From the human T2T-CHM13v2.0 reference genome, Homo sapiens: a stretch of 64,000 bases of DNA. Made by a program: the position numbers and the translations under genes. Positions 29,171-43,425 of this stretch are shown piece by piece. The notes below the pieces were generated by a model. It worked only from the letters and a program-made list of their open reading frames with translations. It was not told the origin of the DNA and searched no databases. Location of the stretch: NCBI RefSeq assembly GCF_009914755.1, contig NC_060937.1; one strand, written 5' to 3'. Each line of letters begins with the position of its first letter. Position 1 is the stretch's first letter.

Positions 29171-32100
29171 TTCACTCCAACTGAGACCTTTCTGAATAAC
29201 TGTAGAATAGTAAGATTGGCAGGAAGTTCCAATTTCATATGGTTTGGGCTTCCACTAAAGTGTCTAGTAGATTAGAAGATCTCCTTATTTTAAGGCTTTT
29301 CTATTCACAAAAGATTCTAATAAGTGTTTTTAAAATTGTGAAGAAATATCAGTGATGTAATAGTGGAAACAGTCTGCAAGTCAAATGTGAAGGCAAGAAA
29401 GAAAAATCCAAAAGGGTATTTTATTTGCCTTCAGACCCTACTTTTACTTCATTGCCACTTAACTAAAAAGTAATTCCTAAAATTTGTGATTTGTCCATAT
29501 TAATTGAGGAGCCAGCCCAGATATGGGTAGAGATCACCTTATGATTTATTGTTTAACTTTTTAAGTTTGTTGTACTGCCCAGAACCCCCCCATGTAAATT
29601 AATAGTAATAATGAAAAATAACAGCAGTATTGTTTTCTGTTTTTAAATAAACATACCAGTATGGAAAAAATAGCAAAAGACACTTTTTGCATCTATGTAT
29701 ATTTGCTACCATTCTTTTTTTAGTACATTTTAAGAACAGTTGAGATCAAGCGATTTTATTTGACTTTTTTCTTAACATATTACCATGAACATTTTTTTTG
29801 TTTCATCAAAATTTCCTCATTAAAAAAACCTTTGCTACTGTATACTATCATGTGAGTAAACCACAATTTTTCATTTCCTTAACTTTTGATGTTTAGATTA
29901 TTTTTAGTTTCTCAAGTTAAAAATATAACTTAATTGAATATCCCTGTTATCTAAGTATTCTTTTGGGTAGCTTCTTGTAGGTGGGATTACTGATTCAAAG
30001 GGATAAATATTTTTATGATTCTTGTTAAATAATGTGAAGTTGTCTTTCTTTCATTTGTTCAATCAGATAACCTGTTTGAGCACCTACTGTACTAGGCACT
30101 GTGCTTATAATTGTACATACAAAGATAAGTGAGACATAATTTGTGTCTTCAAAGATCTTTTACTTCAGTGGTGACTGCAGCTTTGAAAATCGCTTGCCAG
30201 TATTGAATTCCATTTCTAAATTTTTGCTTGTTTAATAGGGGGAAATAACATGTTTGATTGCTAATGATACTTAAAAGATCTTTAGTAAAAGTTTTTGAAG
30301 TTAATTTAAATCATAAAATATGTAATTAATTTACAATGAAATATTAATATGTAATCTATTTTGGTTAGTGTTGACCTATAAAAGAGGGATTATTTGACCA
30401 CTGGGGTAAACAGTGCATAATTTCTGATTTCAAGTATGTCATCATAAATATATATACATAATTAAAGATACATGTGTGTGTTTGTGTGGGTGTGTATATT
30501 TTTAATTTAAGAAAATCCTCTGTTTAGAATCTACTTGGCTTTTTTGGCCCAGCCAGTACAGACTGTCAGTGGCAGTAAATAGTTTAAAGTTTCATCTTCA
30601 TTAGATGTATATGTATAGTTGCATGGCTTCATTTTACTCTGAAGTATAGTTTTTAGTTATTTTTATTATTTTGGGATTACAAAGAGATAACAGAAATCAT
30701 TCCAATAAGCCAAAAATGATTTACGCACAAATTGAGGTGCTCACATATTTATTTCCCTCCTTTTGGAATTTATTTCCTCTTCCTTCATTTTGAAAGAATC
30801 TGAGGATATTAGGAAGAAGCTTAGTTCTTAAATAATATAAAATTTAAGTTGCCGATTATCTTGTAAGAATCAGGCGGAAACAATACATGTATCATGTGGT
30901 TCAAGATGTAGAGTCCAGTTTTGTCAAAAGTCTGAAACTGCAACTTTCTGATCTTTGTTTTTCTTTACTTTTCATACCTCATTTTCTTTATTTCAACATG
31001 ACTTAATCTTTTGGAGGCGATTTTATTTTATTTTATTTTTAAAACCAAAAATGCTCTGGGACTCCCTAGCTTGTCTCTGTCTCTCTTCTATCTTTTTTTG
31101 TTTCTTCTGAACATTGCTTGAATAGAGGCCTTCCCTTTCCCCTTTTCTCTCCCTCCGTCTGTCTTCCCTTCTTTTTTTCCTCTCCATTTCTCTCCTTTCC
31201 TCCCCCCTTCTTTCTTCTTTTCTGATCTCAGAATTTTAGAAATGGAGATATTAAATTATTACTTATTTTAAAGGAAAATTCTCAGACCGAACTTACCAGT
31301 TCACACTTCCAGATCTGACTAGATGAAACTCGTCTAAGAATGCTTTCAGCAATAAAAATAGAACTGATGTTGTGTTTGGTGATGGTGAAAGTTTTCTGTT
31401 AGTTTTGTTTTATATCACAACTTTCCAGAGTAGAGGGTAATGTTAGGATATAAGATTTTTTTGATTTGTAATAAAGGAGAACTTTATTTGGGGCTACTCT
31501 CAAACTGTAAAGAAAATAATTTCTGGGAATTAGTTTCAGAAGTTTAACAATGGTAAGCTTAGGTTTAATGTAACATTTAGATGTACAGGTATTATATTAA
31601 TAGATATTTCTAACATGGAGAATTATAAACTGAAGGGAGAGAAAACATAATTGTTAAACCAGTCAGGGAAAAAAGTCTTTTTAGAATATCTTGATGTCTG
31701 TGGGCATCTTGATTTATTAGGTGAGCAAAATGAAGAAACTTACCATTATCCAGATTTTCCATGGAATATGTAGTGGTATTTTGTGTATTTTGATATCTAT
31801 CCCATATTTAACTTGTGACTTCTTTGCCAACTGAACATGGATACTCTGTAGGAAACTTTGCATCTTTTGTATGGATCTGGCTTTAATTTCCTTTTTAAAA
31901 TTTGAACCTTAAATTTACTGTAATCCAATGTATTACACTGAAATTTACTAAAAAATCTACAGAAATCCATTTAGAATTAATTTATAATTTTGATTTTAAA
32001 CTCATAAAGTTATACATGTATGTGTTCTCATGCATGCGCACACACATGTCCTTACACATATGTGTACACACATTTATAATCTAATTTTCAAAGCATTTGG

Positions 32101-32959
32101 TAGCTCTAGAGATGTTCCCAATTATTTTCTTTTCCATGTGCCATATTTTAGACTCAGCGGTCTTGTCCTCTCCCTCTCCCTCTCCTCAAAATTGTTCGAG
32201 GTGCTCACCAGCTTTCAAGTATTCTCACCTTCTTAATTCTTACTCCTTTTGAAAGTATGTCTACCATATTATTATAATGATGGTTACCATTTTCTGAATT
32301 CATGTTATGGGGCAGGCTAACTAAGTGCTGTATCTACCCTAGTTTGATCCTCTCAACTCCGTAAGATAGCTGTTACCCCATTTTGCAGATGGGAAATCTA
32401 AGAAGCTGCTAATATATTCAAGGTCACACAGCTAGTAGGTACTCCTGTGCTCTTAAGGCAACAAAACGTGTAGGTAATACAAATTGCTGAAACTAAATAA
32501 AATGAGGTTTTTAAAATTTGAATTTCTGTTTTTGCCTTAAAAGCAAGGCTATTCACAGCTAGTAATTTAAGGCAAATATGTAATAAGTTACAAATAGTCA
32601 TTCAGAGTTGTGCCGAATACTTTGTTCTTTTTTGCCGTTAACATCTAAGTCAGTTCTTATTCAGTACACTAGATTTTTTTTTCCTATTAACCGGAAATCT
32701 TACCCATAAACCAGCCACAGTCTTTTGGTAATCATGTTAGGTATATTTTAGAAAACAGTAATTATTTTAACTATCTACCCACTAATGATCCCTTCATGTT
32801 CAAGAAATTACATGGTTATAAGGATATTTTTCATAATAATAGTATGTCCATTTAAATGAGAAAATGCTTTGGCTGTAAACCAAAACCCACTTACTTTATT
32901 TTAGAATTTTAACATAATTTAGATTTAAGCACTTGGAGTACCCACCAAACTAAACACTT

Positions 32960-33262
32960 GATTTCTTTTTTTTTTTTTTTCCTTGAGACAGGGTCCCATT
33001 CTGTTGCTCAGGCGGCAGTGCAGTGGGTCGATCTTGGCTCCCTGCAGCCTTGATCTCCTGGGCTCAAACCATCCTTCCACCTCAGCCTCCCAAGTAGCTG
33101 AGACCACAGGCATGTACCATCACACCTGGCTAATTTTTTTTTTTTTTTTTTTTTAGTAGGGTGGGGTCTCCCTATGTTACCCAGGCTGGTCTTGAACTCC
33201 TGGGCTCAAGTGATCTTTCTGCCCTGGCCTCCCAAAGTATTGGGATTACAGGTGTGAGCCAC
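32960..33262 (-). mobile_element. AluJ
   Basis: Antisense dimer; TSD AAACACTTGA. Confidence 0.9.
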
Positions 33263-35449
33263 TAACAAAACACTTGACTTCTTCTTAGGCAGACCCTCTG
33301 CTTTGTTTGATTTTTTTTTTTTTTTAAGTCTGGATCATTTCTTTTTAGCCTTTACAGCATTTCAAATACGTTGGTTATTTTATTTAAAAGTTTAAAGAGT
33401 AATTTATTCATTTTTTGCTGTATAAAAAAGTGCATGCACACTAACTGTGAAGGAAAAGTAATTTGGCCTTTGAGGACGTAGGTGGTGATTGTTGTTGTTT
33501 TTTGAACTGGTTTTAAGTTTGACAACCAGAAGATAGATTTGGATTATATTCAGGAATTCAGATAGAAATAGTAATAGATGTGCCCTTATGAATCAGTCAA
33601 ATTAGTTGACAGTTAATGGGCGAGTGACCTTGCAATGGAAAACACTGAAATTGGAGCTGGGAGTCATGAGTCTGCCTCTGGCTTTCACACTCACTAGTTA
33701 TGTGGCTTTGGGCAAGTCAAGTAGGTCCTTGTGCTTCTGAAAAAACCAAAACTGTCATGCTTATGGTCTGTATTCTCATAGCTCACTTTCTCTGTGTGTG
33801 TAAGTGAATGTGTGTGTGTGTTTAAACTCAGAGGATTTAAATCAGAATTAATGCTTAAAAATCTCATGCAACAATTACTTATTAAATATCTTGGCATTCT
33901 TCCTGAAGAGTAAAACATTTAATCTGCATTTTAAAATTCCTCAGGTTTCTGAAAAGCCTAGTCTAGGTTTTTTTGAACTATAATGAAGAGATGAGTTTAT
34001 ATTTCATGTAAAGTGGTGTATCTACAGTCACATTATACTGTTGCAGTGCCCACATAGTCAGCAGTGAGGGCACAGGTTCACTGTTAATGTCCTGGCAAAC
34101 ATTGGTGTCGTTAATAGTTTTGATGAAATAAATAATTGTTAGTGATTTTGGACTCTTCACCAGAATGAAAAAACTGAGGAAGTGAGTTCTTTATTCAGAC
34201 TATCTAAAAAGTGAACTCTCTTTAAGACTTTTATGAAAGATTCAAAAATAAACTGTAGACATTTAATCTTTTCCAATTAGTATGGAAGACAATGTGAAAA
34301 ATTAGCCATCTAGCTCAAGATTCAGCTCACAGTTTAAATTTTCATATTTGAAAGCAGAGCTAAAAATTAGGTTGCTTTAACAATTGCATTAACAGTTAAT
34401 ATTATAAGGATTTAAAAGTTGGTGTATGTATCTTTAATCTTTGTAATTCTAAGAGGAAAGCCTGTGAATTTTACGTTTCCATAATAGCACACTTTATTTC
34501 AAAGTCCTTCCATCTCTTGAAATGTTATTGCTTGAAAGTCTTTTTCTGAATTAGATCAACTCTTTGAAATTGAAAATATATATGATGTACACTGTTATGT
34601 CTATATTATGCATTATCTCTGGAAATTATACAGTTGGAGATATTTGTATAGTGCGTTCATTTAGCATGAGGAGGTAAAAATAAGTCTGACTAGAGTAAAA
34701 ATTTAGAATTATTGATTCTAATGTTTTAACATTTTGACATACTTGTTAGAAACAATCTTTAGTATGCTATCATAGGAGCAGTAAGGTAGTAGACAAAAGC
34801 TTTGCCTGCCCCCAGGCCTTACAAAGTAGTTTAAAAATAAACAATTACAATATATTGATATGCTATCCTATTTTGAATGTTGTAAAACATTAGTCACATA
34901 CAAACACACACACCCACAAGCTTTGACATATGGGACTCATTTAACAGAGTGTACTTTTAGACTCATTATCCTTTTCTTATTCCTTCCTCTGTTATATAAG
35001 TTTTTATTAGAAAACATGATGCTCAAAAAGAAGGCTAAAATTACTAGTGTGATAACATTTGGGGAAAATTATTCTTTGTCTTTAAAATAGAAATAATTAT
35101 AATATGTACCTTATAGGATTATTGTGAAGATCTGTAGCATCTATAGTTTAGAACATCTGGTAAAAGATAGTAAGCACTTGATATTAGCTATTATGGTTGT
35201 TGTTTTATAACATCATTTTGGATACCAATATTATTACTGTTGACTGATGCATATATAGATACTTGTGTGCACATTTTCACTAAAGCGTAATTGTAGAAAA
35301 CCAGAAACAAACTAAAGGTGCAGTATTACATTTATGGTATGTCTATTTAAGGAATAATATGTTGCCATGAAAAATGATGTAGAGATATACTTACTGAGAT
35401 GAATAGAAGCCCAAAATTTATGGGTAATGAAACAAAATAGCTAAAAATT

Positions 35450-38400
35450 TTAACAAATTGCTTAAGGTCAAAAGTAGGCTACCATAAGACTATAAAATTC
35501 CTGTAAACAGCCCTGAAGGGAGAGCTCATATCCACTCTCTGCAGACCTCAATGGGTGCTCATGAGATTAAGTGGGGACAAGATGGGAGAGAATCTTTAAG
35601 TGCAGGCCTAGGGGAGGAGAGCAGTTGCTGCTGTGGGAAAGGCGTGAAGCCTGGATTCTTCTCTCCTGTAGAACAAAGCCTAAAGACCTTGAGACAGAAA
35701 ACCTTTCCTGGGGAAGGGAAGAGATAAAACCACCCCTTTTGCGGGAGGGGCAGGTTCTTCTACCACTGGAGGAAAAGACCCCTGAGAAAGTCTTGTCCTT
35801 GATATCCAGGGACAGAGGCTGATCTACAACAACAAAGAATGCCTCCACAAGCCCACCATTAGACTAGCAAGCACCAAGAAACAGGTCTCAAATGTGTGGG
35901 GATGGGTCAATAATATGGAGAGAGACCTTCTCTGAGGCATAGCCTCTGAGCAAAAGCCTAAAGCTGAGAGTGGAACAAGAGCATTGAAAAAGAAAACATC
36001 CTACAACCCAACTTCCACTCTAAGCACAAGGTTATGCCAGATAAATTTTAAACCAATGGTATTCTCAAGGTAATCATAGCAACAATAAAACCCAAACAGT
36101 AAACTCTTGACTAGGTTGGCTTATCCCCATACACTAAGTTGTAGCAGAAGATGAGACACGCCCATTTTTAGGCATACATATTATTTATCACAGTCTCTAT
36201 ACTCCTAGAGAAGGTGTCTGGCTTTTAACCAAAAGCATTCAGCAGAGCTAGACTCATATATGATCTAGATGTCAAACTATCAGACAGGGAATTTAAAATA
36301 ATTAAATGCTCAAGTGGAAAAGATGGAAAACATGTTCTATCACATGGGTAATATCAGCAGAATTGGAAACTATTAACATAAGAAAGAATCAAATGGAAAT
36401 GCCAGTAATGAAAAATACGGTACTAGAGATGAAGAATGCCATTAACAGATTCACCAGTAGACTCAACAAAGTTGAGAAAAGAATCGGTGAATGTGAAGAT
36501 AAATCACTGGAAATTACCCAAACTTACTCACAAAGGGGAAAAAAATAGTGGAAAAGAGGGGGAAAAACCACACAAAACAAACGGTGCATCCAACAGCTGT
36601 GGGACAATTTCAAGTGATGTAATATGTGAAAATGGAATCCCAGAAGGAGAAGAGAGATGGAAAGATATGATGGGGGTGGGAGTGGGTGAGGGGTGGGGTC
36701 TTGAGACAAAAAGTATTTGAAGGGTAATGGCCAACTATTTTCCAAAAATAATTACAGACATCAAACCACAGCTTCAGGAATCTCAGAGACACTAGGTAGG
36801 ATGAATACCCTTATCCTCCAAAAAACAAACACACATATATACCTACTGAGATACATTAAAATTCAAAGATAAATGGAAAATGTTGCTGAAGAACAAAGAT
36901 AAATGGAAAATGTTCAAGGCAGCCACATGAAAAAGACAGAGTAGATACTAAGAATTCATAAGAATTACAGCAGACTCCTTACTAGAGGTTATGCAAGCCA
37001 GAACACATAGAATGATATTTTTAGAAAGCTGAGTTCAGTGGAACAAAATATCTTTTAAAAATAAAAACTTTGAGACAGACAAAAACTGAGAGAGCTCATA
37101 CCAGCTTACTTACACTACAAGAAATGTAAAGGAATTTCATTATGCTGAAACAGTACAATGCCAGACAGAAACTTGGAGCTATACAAAGATTTAGGAAGCA
37201 TTGAAAATGGAACAAATGAAGGTAAATATAAAATAAATTTTATTCTTGTTTTACATTTCAGTAAAAGATGATTAGGATTACTAAATCAAAGATAGCAACT
37301 ATGTACTATAAATTTATAGCACATATAAAAATAAAATAAGACAATAGCACAAAGGGAGGGAGGGAGAAATTGGGATAATACTGTTGTGAGGTTCTTATAC
37401 TACATATGTAGTGGTGTAATACTGTTTGAAGGTACTCCGTAACTAAAGATATATCTTGTAAATCCTCGGGCAATTACTGAAAAGCTTAAAAAGTATAAAC
37501 AAGAAGCCCACAGTACAGATAAAATAGAATAATAAAAATAATGCAAAAAGCAGAAAAGTAACAGAGCAGATGGAAAAAATAAAGAACTGACAATGTAGAT
37601 TTAAATCCAGCCATATAAAACATCACATGAAGTTAATGAAATGTCAGTATAAAGACTCAAATGTCTATAAACCCTCAAATTGAAAGAAAGATCAGTTTAG
37701 TAAAAAAGCAAGACACAATTATATGCTGTTTACAAGAAAGTCATTTTAAAAAACGTAAGAAGATAACAATCAAAAGGATGGGAAAAGATGAACTATACAA
37801 ACACTAACCAAAAGAAAGCTAGAGTAGTTATATTGACATGAAGTTAAGTAGACTTCAGAACAAGAAATATTCCCAGTGATGAAGAAGGACATTACATAAG
37901 GATAAAGAGGTTATCTCACCAAGAAGACATAGCATACACGTAACAGAAAGTATGTGTATGCAGCTAACAATTAGAGCCTCTAAATGTATGAGGCAAACAC
38001 TGTTAGAACTGAAAAGAGAAATAGACAAATTCACAATTATAGTTGGAGATGTCAACACTCAGAATCAATAAAACAAATAGATACAGAACATTACTAAAAA
38101 ATTGAAGATTTGAACAACATTGTCAAACAACTTGACCCTTTTGATATTTGTGGAACACTTCAGAAATTTGGAATACAACAGTTGAATATACAGTCTTCTC
38201 AAGTGCACATGGGTTAGTTACCAGGATAGACCATATTCTGGATTAAAAAATCAACCTTAAATTTTTTTAAAAAATTTAATTTATACAAAGAATGTTTTCT
38301 ATTCATAGTGGAGTTAAACTACAAATCAACAATAGAAAAATATCTGGAAAATCCCCCAAATATTTAGATATTCAATAGTACACTTCTAAATAATTCATGG

Positions 38401-39340
38401 ATCAAAGAGGAATCACAAGAGAAATTAGAAAACATTTTGAATTGATTGAAAAGAAATATACCAAAATTGACAGGATACAGCTAATGCAGGGGTTGGAGAT
38501 AAATCTATAGCATGAAATGCTTATAGTAGAAAAAAACAAACAAACAGAGGTTAGAGGGAAACTATAGTATTACATGCTTATAGTAGAAAAGGGAAATGGC
38601 TTCAAGTCAGAGATCTAAGTTTTTACCTTAAGGTAGCAAAAAAAAAAAAAAAAAAAAGAGCAAATTAAATCCAAAATGCATAAAACGTAGAAATAACAAA
38701 GGTAAAAGCAGAAGTCAATGAAATTCATTACTGTAGTAGAGGTCCTAGCCAATATAGTAGGGCAAGTAAGGGAAATAAAGGGAATATTGTTTAAAAAGGA
38801 AGAAGTAAAGCAGTCTCTAATCACAGAGATCATGACTTTTTAAATAGAAAATGATTTATTAAAAAATGGAGAAGGGCTTGATGTTTAAAATATAAAAGAT
38901 AAAGACTGTTAGAAATGTTCCAGGTTAAAAGATACTAAGGAGACATGATGAATAAATTTAATATCTGTGCTTAGATTAGATCCTGGGGGAAATGCTATAA
39001 ATTACACAACTAGATAACTGGCAAAATTAAAATATGGGAGATTAGGAGAAAGTATTATATCAATATAAAATTTTGAGGGTGATAACTGCACTGATATTAA
39101 TGTAAGTTAATTCCCTTAGTCCTAGGAAATACTGAAGAATTTAGGATTAAAGGGCCATGATATATGTAACTTATCTTCAAATGATTCAGGAAAAAAAGTT
39201 ATGTAGAAAAAGGAAAAGAGTATAAGTGCAGATGATAAAGCAAATGGAAGTAAAATGTCATAGTCAAATCTGGGTGTTTCCTGTATTATGCTTGTTTTTG
39301 TAACTCTGTAAATTTGAAATTATTTTTTTAAAAAGAAGTT
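35450..39340 (+). mobile_element. Old, internally deleted L1M (5' region, ORF1, ORF2 endonuclease fragments, 3' end)
   Basis: ORF 36306-36548 is L1 ORF1-like (KNQMEM..MKNTVLEMKNAINRFTSRL); ORF2 EN text (acaattatagttggagatgtcaacactc); A-rich + strand. Confidence 0.8.
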
Positions 39341-39414
39341 TTCAAAAAGGTTCTTCAAAAATGACAAAAGAAGAGGGCCATCATACCTGAAGTTGGAAAT
39401 CACATTTCTCACAG

Positions 39415-39758
39415 GTGTGTTTGGAGTAAGCAACCTTAAGGGATGAGGTAATGTCTTTGCCTCTGGAACAAAGAGCCTGTTTGCTTACTGCTTGCTGTAA
39501 ACCAGTGGTTTCCCCCAGCTCAGTGTTCCTCTCTTGTAACACAGCCTATTCTTTTGCAACCATCCACCCTAGCTCTGTCTGTTGCTCTCATGTGAATTGC
39601 CACAAACGTATTGATGATCATGCTCCTTGCTGTGCTATAAGTAATAATTTTTTTTTTTCTCTGACCCAGGCATCTCATGCCTTTTGCCAATACCCATGAA
39701 AAAGTAAGAGGCTAACTGATTAAATTGAAAGAATAAACTCAAATTTCAGATCTGACAG
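39415..39758 (+). mobile_element. ERVL-type solo LTR fragment (LTR40-like)
   Basis: gcctctggaacaaagagc..tttgcttac..ctcagtgttcctctcttgtaac..ctctgacccagg; ends in ...tgaca. Confidence 0.55.
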
Positions 39759-41559
39759 ATTACTCTTCTAAACATGTCTTCCTTATTTCTATTTCTGTTC
39801 TTTTCTCACACTGAATTCTTTGCCAAGAATATTTTCCCATTTCACCCATCCCAACTTTATATATTCTTTCAGTATACAATGCTGGTTTAGTAATATTTCC
39901 CTCTCTAGATTCTTAGAATTTTTTTTCTCCACTATTTATTAGTCACCTCTCCTTCTATCTCTTCCTTTACATCATTTATTTCCCCTTTTTATTCATTGCC
40001 TCTTTCTTCTTCCCCTATTCTTTCCTTCTCTCTTTCCTGTTATTTGAACATAACCAGATTGAATGTGACAAATTTCTTATTAAACTATATCTGTGAGAGA
40101 AGACATTATCATATACACTTTTGTTCCCATATAGAATCAAGTATAGGATTCATTTATGTATTTTTGATTGACTGATTCTTATTATGAGCCGCTAAAATGT
40201 TCAAACATATTTTTTAACCCCGCATCAAAATGATAGCTTTTTTTAAAGGTTAGTATATTGTATATTTAGATTGAAGGTACTAAGTAGGATTAGAGAATTT
40301 TCACAGTTGACAAGAGTTTTAAAAATCATTCGGAAAGTAAAACTCATGTTCCTTAAGAGAAATCTATTATGGTTGTTACGGTTAGCAAAATCTATTATCA
40401 CCAAGCAAGGATTTATATTACCATTCTTTTTATTTCTTCTCACTATGATTGTAGTGATTGTAATTTTGTCATACTCCCTCAAATTTTTTATTTTATATAC
40501 TGGTGTTATTAATCCAATGTGACAATTATGAAGTCATTTGGATTACTACTATTATGTTATCATACCCTTGTATACTTTGTAGAAAACTCTTGGCTAGATT
40601 TTCCTTTTGTGGTACAATAGTGTTTGAAAAGGTGTTCCCAAAATACCTAACCTTATCAGAATTATTTCTCTCCTTAACAGTATGTGTCCCATGTTAGCAT
40701 TAACATATTTTTCTTGGTCACTTTGGGTTTACACCACAGTGATTAAGATCATTGGACTCTAGAACTTGATTTCCTGGGTCTGAATCCCGGTTCTGTTACC
40801 TACTGGCAATGTGACCTTGGTTATGTTACTTAACCCATTTGTGCTCTGATTCCTCATTTGCATAACAGGAATAGTTGTGCCTGTGGGTTACTGGAAGGTT
40901 AAATGAACCTATATATGTCAAGTCCTTAAAAAGCACCTGGCATAAAAAAAGATGCGTATTATATTTAATGATATTGTTTCCTAAAAGATAGCTAAGAGGC
41001 CATGATATTTTCCATGTAACCTGTCAGCCTAAGTAGGAGGATAGTTTATTCAGATCGTCAGCTTTGGAGGAATTAATTTCACTCTTGTTTATATTTTAAA
41101 GTTGGCTTTTTTTTTCTTCTTGGAGCTTATTCCTTTTAAGGAATTCTTTTTTACCAATGCCTATCACCACACAGTTTTCTTCTACCCGTTATTCTTTGTG
41201 CATTTTATATGCGTTACATGGTTTTTGTGTGTGTGTTACTTTTTAAAAACATTTTGATGTAATAATTTTAGTGGCTTTTACGTATTAATTTCCATGAGTC
41301 TGTGCTATGCAAATGAGGATATGTGAATATTATCAATGTACACATATAGAACTATGGCATATAACCTGATACTTGGTTATATATTTCCACTTTACCTGCT
41401 TTTAACCAATATTCATACATGATCCTTTGCTAGATAGATTATGGTTATTAAAAATAGTAGACCATATGAATTACAAGCATGACCATACGTTGCTTTTAAG
41501 AATAAATGATCACCCAGTAACGTGGTCTAAGTAAAATATTCTCTTTTTTAATTATGTAG

Positions 41560-41751
41560 TCCTCCTCGCCATCCTCATCACAGCCTCATTCTAGCCACTG
41601 CAGAACGAAGGCCTCATCATTGTGTCACCATGCATCCCTGCCCTGGGTCAAACGTAACCATGTAGGCCCTGCAAAGGCTACCAGTCCATCTCTCCGTCTT
41701 CGTCGCTGGCGACCCTTCTTACGTCTACCATCTTTGGGTCTCCATTCTGTT
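41560..41751 (+). CDS. Candidate in-frame alternative UCHL3 cassette exon (64 aa) in intron 6
   Basis: Acceptor ttctcttttttaattatgtag, donor GTT|gtaagt, 192 nt, no stop in phase 0, matching the flanking exon phases. Use is not demonstrated. Confidence 0.5.
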
Positions 41752-42000
41752 GTAAGTTTAGTCAATCTTCCGTCTCTTCTTCCAGTGACAAGGGCTGTCT
41801 TTTTTTTTTTTTTTTCTTAACTTCGGTCTTCAGAGTGCTTTTCTCTTGGTTCACTCAACCATTAGCTTTTTCTCCCCCAATAAGATTGCAAGCATATCTC
41901 TATGCTTTGCATTCTAGCTTGACTTTTGCCAGTGCCTCAGAACATCCATCTTTCCACTCCATATCCTGCCAACATAACGGCACCTGCCTTTTGATGAGCA
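41570..42000 (-). mobile_element. Ancient RTE-type LINE 3' fragment (L4/RTE-X-like)
   Basis: Minus-strand translation ...GRRDGRLTKLTTEWRPKDGRRKKGRQRRRRRDGLVAFAGPTWLRLTQGRDAW*HNDEAFVLQWLE* and upstream ...AVMLAGYGVERW resemble the RTE ORF C-terminus; followed by a degenerate (TGA)-like tail. Confidence 0.7.
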
Positions 42001-43425
42001 CTGATCCACATTCATGATAATGTTTAAGTCTGGTTAATTGTTAAAGTGAATATGTGTTCTGTTACCCTTCAGCTTTCTGAATTCATTTAGTTGACTCAGG
42101 TCAACAAATGCTGTGTACCTTCTGAGTTCTTTGCCATCTATTACTTTATTATTATTATTTTTTTATGTTTCTGAGCATGACTTTAGTCTCTTGCCATGCT
42201 CTGGGGTTACTTTACTTACTCTATTCTCAATCTAAATCCTTCATGGTGTAGGGTGTTTCATCTAAGCTATTATTTTATTCCCTGAGGTGGCTCAGGTACT
42301 TGGTTTAATCTTGATCTGATCTTTCCTGCCCATTCAGTTTCTAAAGATCTTTTCCAAGTAGGAAATGAAGATTTTCTCCTTGTGTATTGATGTAGGCTTC
42401 CCACAAATTTATGATTTCTCTTTTATAGGCTAATGATATCTGCAAACTATTAAAAATACATTTTTCTTATAATCTTGCTAATTATCTTAAATGTTGAGAC
42501 TGATGATGCAATTCTAGTAATTATCATAATTGAGATACACTACAGAATTAAGCAACTACAGCTCTTGTCTTTCTGATGTTTTGGACTATTAAAGGCAATG
42601 ACTGTGGTTTGGCAGAGCCTCCCTAGAAATGGAATATCTTAAAGCTTTGGTGTGTGCCATACATTTATAAGAAATTTGACATTTCTATAAATTATGATGG
42701 CTTTTGAAGCCAGAGGAGGAAGTCTGATTACACGTACATTTAATGCTTAAGAACAATTAAAAGTCAACGGCAAGCATTCTTTCCTTCCCCTTATTTACCC
42801 TTCTAGTGTTATACTCAAACTGTGAAGTGGTATCTTTCCTTAAATATTTGCTTCCACCAAATATCAGTATGGTCATCAAATACTTTTCCATTTCTGCTGA
42901 GTATCAACAAACTCACATCTCTTTCTATTTCATTATCCTCATTGGGTCACGACATTCTTCATTTTTATTCGTTCATCCATTTGATATTTGTTGCTTCTCT
43001 ACTGTGCCATATGCCATTTGACACAGTGAGAGATACAAGGTGAACTAAATGACCAGGGTAGAATCCTAAAGGTGTAAATTCTGACATGAGCACAATTGAT
43101 CCAATTCTAATGTGAATTATTTCTTTTCTACTTAAAAATGTTCCAAATATAAATGAACATATAAAATTTGGCATTTCCTGTTTTATATGCTTTTATATAA
43201 TGTTGATCTTGGCTCCATATTAGTTCCATTGCCTTATAGCTTTAAATGTTTTTGTAGCTTAGTAGTAAAGAACATGGATTCTAGAAGCACACTGCTCGGG
43301 TTTGAATCCAGATTCTACCACTTACTAGCTATATGACCTACAGCGTGTTACTTAATGCTTCTGTGCCTCAGTTTTCTCAAGAGTAAGATGGGTATAATTA
43401 TATTACGTACCTTATTGGGTTTATA

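Noticed and set aside
36306-36720. Coiled-coil ORF
   Set aside because: Decayed L1 ORF1 remnant.
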